Shown: positions 58,349 to 64,000 of the stretch, piece by piece
Numbering within the stretch: position 1 is the first letter of the stretch
Layout of the letters: each line of letters begins with the position of its first letter
Assembly: GCF_006345805.1 (NCBI RefSeq)
Contig: NC_043025.1
Span: 10,230,001 to 10,294,000 of the forward strand
Direction of reading: 5' to 3'
Length of the DNA stretch: 64,000 nt
DNA from: Octopus sinensis
Lineage: Eukaryota
Notes under the pieces: model-generated
Told to the model about the DNA's origin: nothing
Database searches by the model: none
The model's input: only the letters and a program-made list of their open reading frames with translations
Position numbers and translations under genes: made by a program

Positions 58349-59427
58349 AACGAAAGATCGCCTATGTATATATATATATGTGTGTGTGTATATATATTGT
58401 AACGAAAGACCGCCTATATATATAAATATGGGTTTAAATAATGAACAAGGCTAAAGATTACTATGGCTAGTTTATTGAAAAACAGAGAAGAAGAAGAATA
58501 TTTTAAGGTGTTCTGTTGTTACATAATGAAACAAGCATTTATGCTTATATGCATAAAAATTTTTTTTGATTTTAAATTGTAATGCAAAGAGGACGCGATG
58601 ACCACTCTTATCTTTTATGAAGAGATCTATGGCTACCGTGTAGTCCTTTCTTGGTTGGACTTGCAAATATTGCAAGTGAGGGTCATGGTTATGCGTACTC
58701 GCGCGCAATCACACTATCTAATGAGGTTAACATGAAGAAGGTCATCCAACTGTTGAAATCCTGCCAAAAGTGGAACGGTCGAGTGGGACGTCCTCGACCC
58801 TTCTTACTAGGGTCGGAGGAACTGTGAATAAGTCGCCTGGTACGTGACCACACCTTTATTCCATGACAGCATGGATATAGGACATAAAACGATGCCACAC
58901 GTTCCTCTAACCATATATATTCCTTGTCGTAGACTTTTTAAATAAATATACCGTCCCCCCATGTCTTTGTTGTATTTCACCTAATTTGTGAATAATTTTT
59001 ATTATAAACCATATCTAGATTTCATTTCACAGACGTACAATTTGCGTCTGCTATATATATATATATATAGTGTATTTAGTTTCCTGTTTTATAAGAACTG
59101 CTTGCAGTTAAGTCATTGCTATATCCTGCTTGCTAATTTGGCGGGCGAGGCTGATATATTTGTCTGTTTTACTTACCTCTCTACTTAACAGATCGTCTAT
59201 ATATATATAATTCAAAAGGAATTTCGAATCTGTCTGTTTTTTAATGTTTTATTTATATTCTTTATAATATTAATGTAGAATATATAGTTTAAATAGTATA
59301 TATAGTAAAATGAAATGAAGTATTGATTGTCTTATTGAATAGAGGAAATATTGAATATCAAATATTAAGGGATTAGTATACTTTCTTGCATTTAAGCAGT
59401 CTTCAAGGTCCCAGGCTGTGGCAGGAA

Positions 59428-59471
<44 letters not shown>

Positions 59472-60111
59472 CACACTCACATACATACGATTATGTGTAT
59501 ATTTTATCTACTTTCTTGCCTACATATATCTCTTCTCTCTATACATGTATGTATTACACACCCGTGTTGAGCCATTAATCTCTGCAGGTATATATGTAAC
59601 TGTTTTTTCGGTCAAACCCGTCTCTGTCACTGAGATTGTCTACCTCTGTCCATCTGATTACCTGCTTGACCGTGTCTACCCGTTTGTCTGCTTGATCATC
59701 TGTTTTCAGTTCTGGACGCCACGGGGTTCCAATTCTATTTTCAAATTGCTTACGTTCCTGTATGTATGAGTATGCACACTGGCGTATGTATATACATACA
59801 TACACAGTATGCATAGTGTGTGTGTGTGTGTGTGTGTATAAAATATATATATAGTAGAATGAGCTCATTGTTGATTAACCTTAGTTTTTTAATTTATTAC
59901 TTGCATAAAGCATATGCTATATAAGGTGCCGTGCCTGTGGTTGTAGGCATCCTCCCGGTATTATTGTTAAACATAAATTAATATAATTGACATCAGACAT
60001 TTGTAGCCCAAAAGTTGATGTAAAAAAACAAATTCAAATTTCTTCTTTGAAGGGAATCGGTTTTACATGCCATGCATACTGATGTCTGTGTTTGTAGTGT
60101 TTATATTGTTT

Positions 60112-61430
<1,319 letters not shown>

Positions 61431-62280
61431 ACACGACTATTCAGATGCATGAACTCATAGTAATGCACACAAATGTTCAGTCATTATTCATCAGCATGAA
61501 ATTTATACTATCCTCAGATACACATGTACACACACACACACACACACACACAAGAACAGTATCAATATTTATATGTAGTGTCCTTGTTTTGTAAGGAAAA
61601 AAAGCATTGATGTCTGTACACAACTAGAGTTGTTAGAACAGTTTATGTTAGTGCAAAAGAAGGTAGACTTATTTTTAGCTATTGTTCATCTTATATGAGT
61701 GTGTAAAGTTGTGGGTGTTAAGGACTTTGCTTATAGCATGATGTAGCTGGGTGTTTGGGCCTATATGTGTATTTGATATGGGGATATTGTGTATGCTTGT
61801 GTGGTGTAGTTATGTTGTGCATATTTGTGTGTATGACATGATTTAGCTGTGTATGTTTGACACTCTGAGTATATGTGTATGTATGCATAAAAATGTGTGT
61901 ATGTATGTGTATATATATATATCATCATCATTTAGCGTCTGCTTTCCATGGGTTGGACGGTTCAACTGGGGTCTGTGAAGCCAGAAGGCTTCATCAGGCC
62001 CAGTCTGATCTGGCAGTGGTTCTACGGCTGGATGCCCTTCCTAACGCCAACCACTCCGTGAGTGTAGTGGGTGCTTTTTACGTGCCACCGGCACAAGTGC
62101 CAGGCAAGGCTGGCAAACGGCCACGGACGGATGGTGCTTTTTACGTGCCACCGGCACGGGGGCCAGGCGAGGCTAGATAAAAAATTTAAAGAAGCAGGCT
62201 AAAACTAAAGTCAGTCAGATGTACACAATGAATATATAGGTTGATGCTCAGTGAAAGCTTTAGATGGAAGGAGTGGATAT

Positions 62281-62307
62281 GATGTTTCGAGTATGGCCCT
62301 TCATCAG
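62281..62307 (-). ncRNA. Penelope-type minimal hammerhead motif with an intact CTGATGA/GAAA core
   Basis: The minus strand reads CTGATGA-AGGGCCATACTC-GAAACATC. Confidence 0.5.
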
Positions 62308-64000
62308 AAAATAGAAAAAAGTCAAGAGAGAAGAGGAGGAAAGAGCAGATAGATAGTTAAGAGAAAAGCATGCATGTTGTTACATGACTTCTGTTGCTTT
62401 TTTATTTTTGATTTGCCTATTATCCACACACTTCTATATCCTGATGACAAAGATCTTGAGTATTTCATTCTTAGATTACATTATACCTTTGAATTCCCTT
62501 GGAGTATATCTATTCTGTAATATTGATTATATCTATATATATAACCACACATACACACATTGAATCTATTGTATGTGCCTACTCAGCTTTATGAATGTGA
62601 TATCTAGTGTGTATAGATGTTATATTGCCATAGCTACTGTTATGTGTATATAGTTTGTATTATAGTAGATATGTGCGTGCATGTGTCTTTTATATACTTT
62701 TGAAAGAATGGCCTATCCAAGGAGCTAGATATGTAGGTTTTCTGAGTAGTTGCGTATGTGTTGTAAGGTCTGTTTGATCAGAACTGAGCCACAATATTTG
62801 CATGATGTGAGACAAATAATATATTCAGTAATGTAGATTGGAGTATATAGCATTATATCCTCGTCATCATTGTTTTATGTCTTCTTTCCATGCTGGCATA
62901 GTGGGACAGATCATTACTATCCATATTAGCTACTACTTGACGATCTGCACAAACTGACATGAAGATATTGTCTTAAACAGCTTAGTGGACCATCTGTTGC
63001 TTGTAGATTCGATCAAAGTTGTAATCTTTCAACTTATATTGCAGTTGCTATTGTTTCTGTTTTTGTTCTGTTTTGTTGAAGTAAGCTCTAAGCTAACCCG
63101 TGATTGAAGATATTTCAGCTGTGACTATCCTATCTTTTTATTTTCGATCGTGGCCGTTTGCCAGCCTTGCCTGGCACACAAAAAGCACCCACTACACTCA
63201 CGAAGTGGTTGGCGTTAGGAAGGGCATCCAGCTGTAGAAACACTGCCAGATCAGACTGGGCCTGGCGTAGCTTTCTGGCTTCCCAGGTCCCGGTCGAACC
63301 GTCCAACCCATGCTAGCATGGAAAACGGACGTTAAACGATGATGATGATGATGTGTATCTTGGATGCATTATCAAATCAAATATGTCCTTCCTTCTTAAG
63401 ACTTTATAAGGTAGATTGTTAGTGGTTATTTGAGACTGTCTCTTTGGTTCTTGTTAACAGTACTTGTTTGATCCTTGTCAGTTCTGAATTGAGTAGCCTT
63501 ATGATCAAAACCTTTTGTACATTTTGATTAGACACACTATTCAATGTATTGGCAAACTGTGATAAACATTCTGGCTGTGACCATTCTGTCTTATTCAGAC
63601 ATTGTAGCTAGGTCACATTATGCAGTCTATCCCCTTTTTTAAAATTGTAGAGTGTAAATTAAGGTAGATTTGGCTGTTACTTCTAATAGTTTTAAGTAGT
63701 CAGTGTAAATAAATTACATGTTCTCATTAGCTTGTAAATGTTCCTTTTAATTTTTCCTAACAACTGAATGGAACTTTTAATGATTTGAGCAAAAGTATTT
63801 TAAATCCTAAGCTAGTGTAGGCATTCAAACTTTTTACGCACTTTAGCAAGCACATGCTTATAAATTTAAATGAGTGATAACAGTTGATGTGCACAGCACC
63901 AATATAGTCACTTCAAGGCTGTGCATCCATATGGCTTGGAGAATATGTTGCTTGCAGTTTATTTATAATTGAGTAGGTAACTAGAGAAAATGCTTTTAGC

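Overview
Eukaryotic, AT-rich, repeat-dense genomic DNA. The SINE and repeat families look like those of an octopod cephalopod (inference from recognised repeat families). Two convergent spliced genes can be fully reconstructed by hand, and the ORF track largely misses both. RABGGTA (Rab geranylgeranyltransferase alpha subunit) is on the + strand, with 13 coding exons at 1968-26670 encoding 574 aa. MRPL52 (mitoribosomal protein L52) is on the - strand, with 5 coding exons at 42782-30056 encoding 130 aa. RABGGTA has two minor-spliceosome (U12-type) introns, and one apparently has rare AT-AA termini. The rest of the window is mobile and repetitive DNA: a 5'-truncated CR1/L2-group LINE with an open RT ORF, a full-length decayed mariner, RTE and CR1 fragments, non-autonomous Helitrons (including an A-S-A-S-A concatemer), several MITE families, four SINE families, Penelope-type minimal hammerhead motifs and many young tandem arrays. 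The largest array is a 5.9-kb, 140-bp satellite derived from a MITE inside an MRPL52 intron. A possible bidirectional promoter for unidentified genes lies at about 54.2-55.1 kb. No CRISPR array, rRNA gene or bona fide tRNA gene was found.
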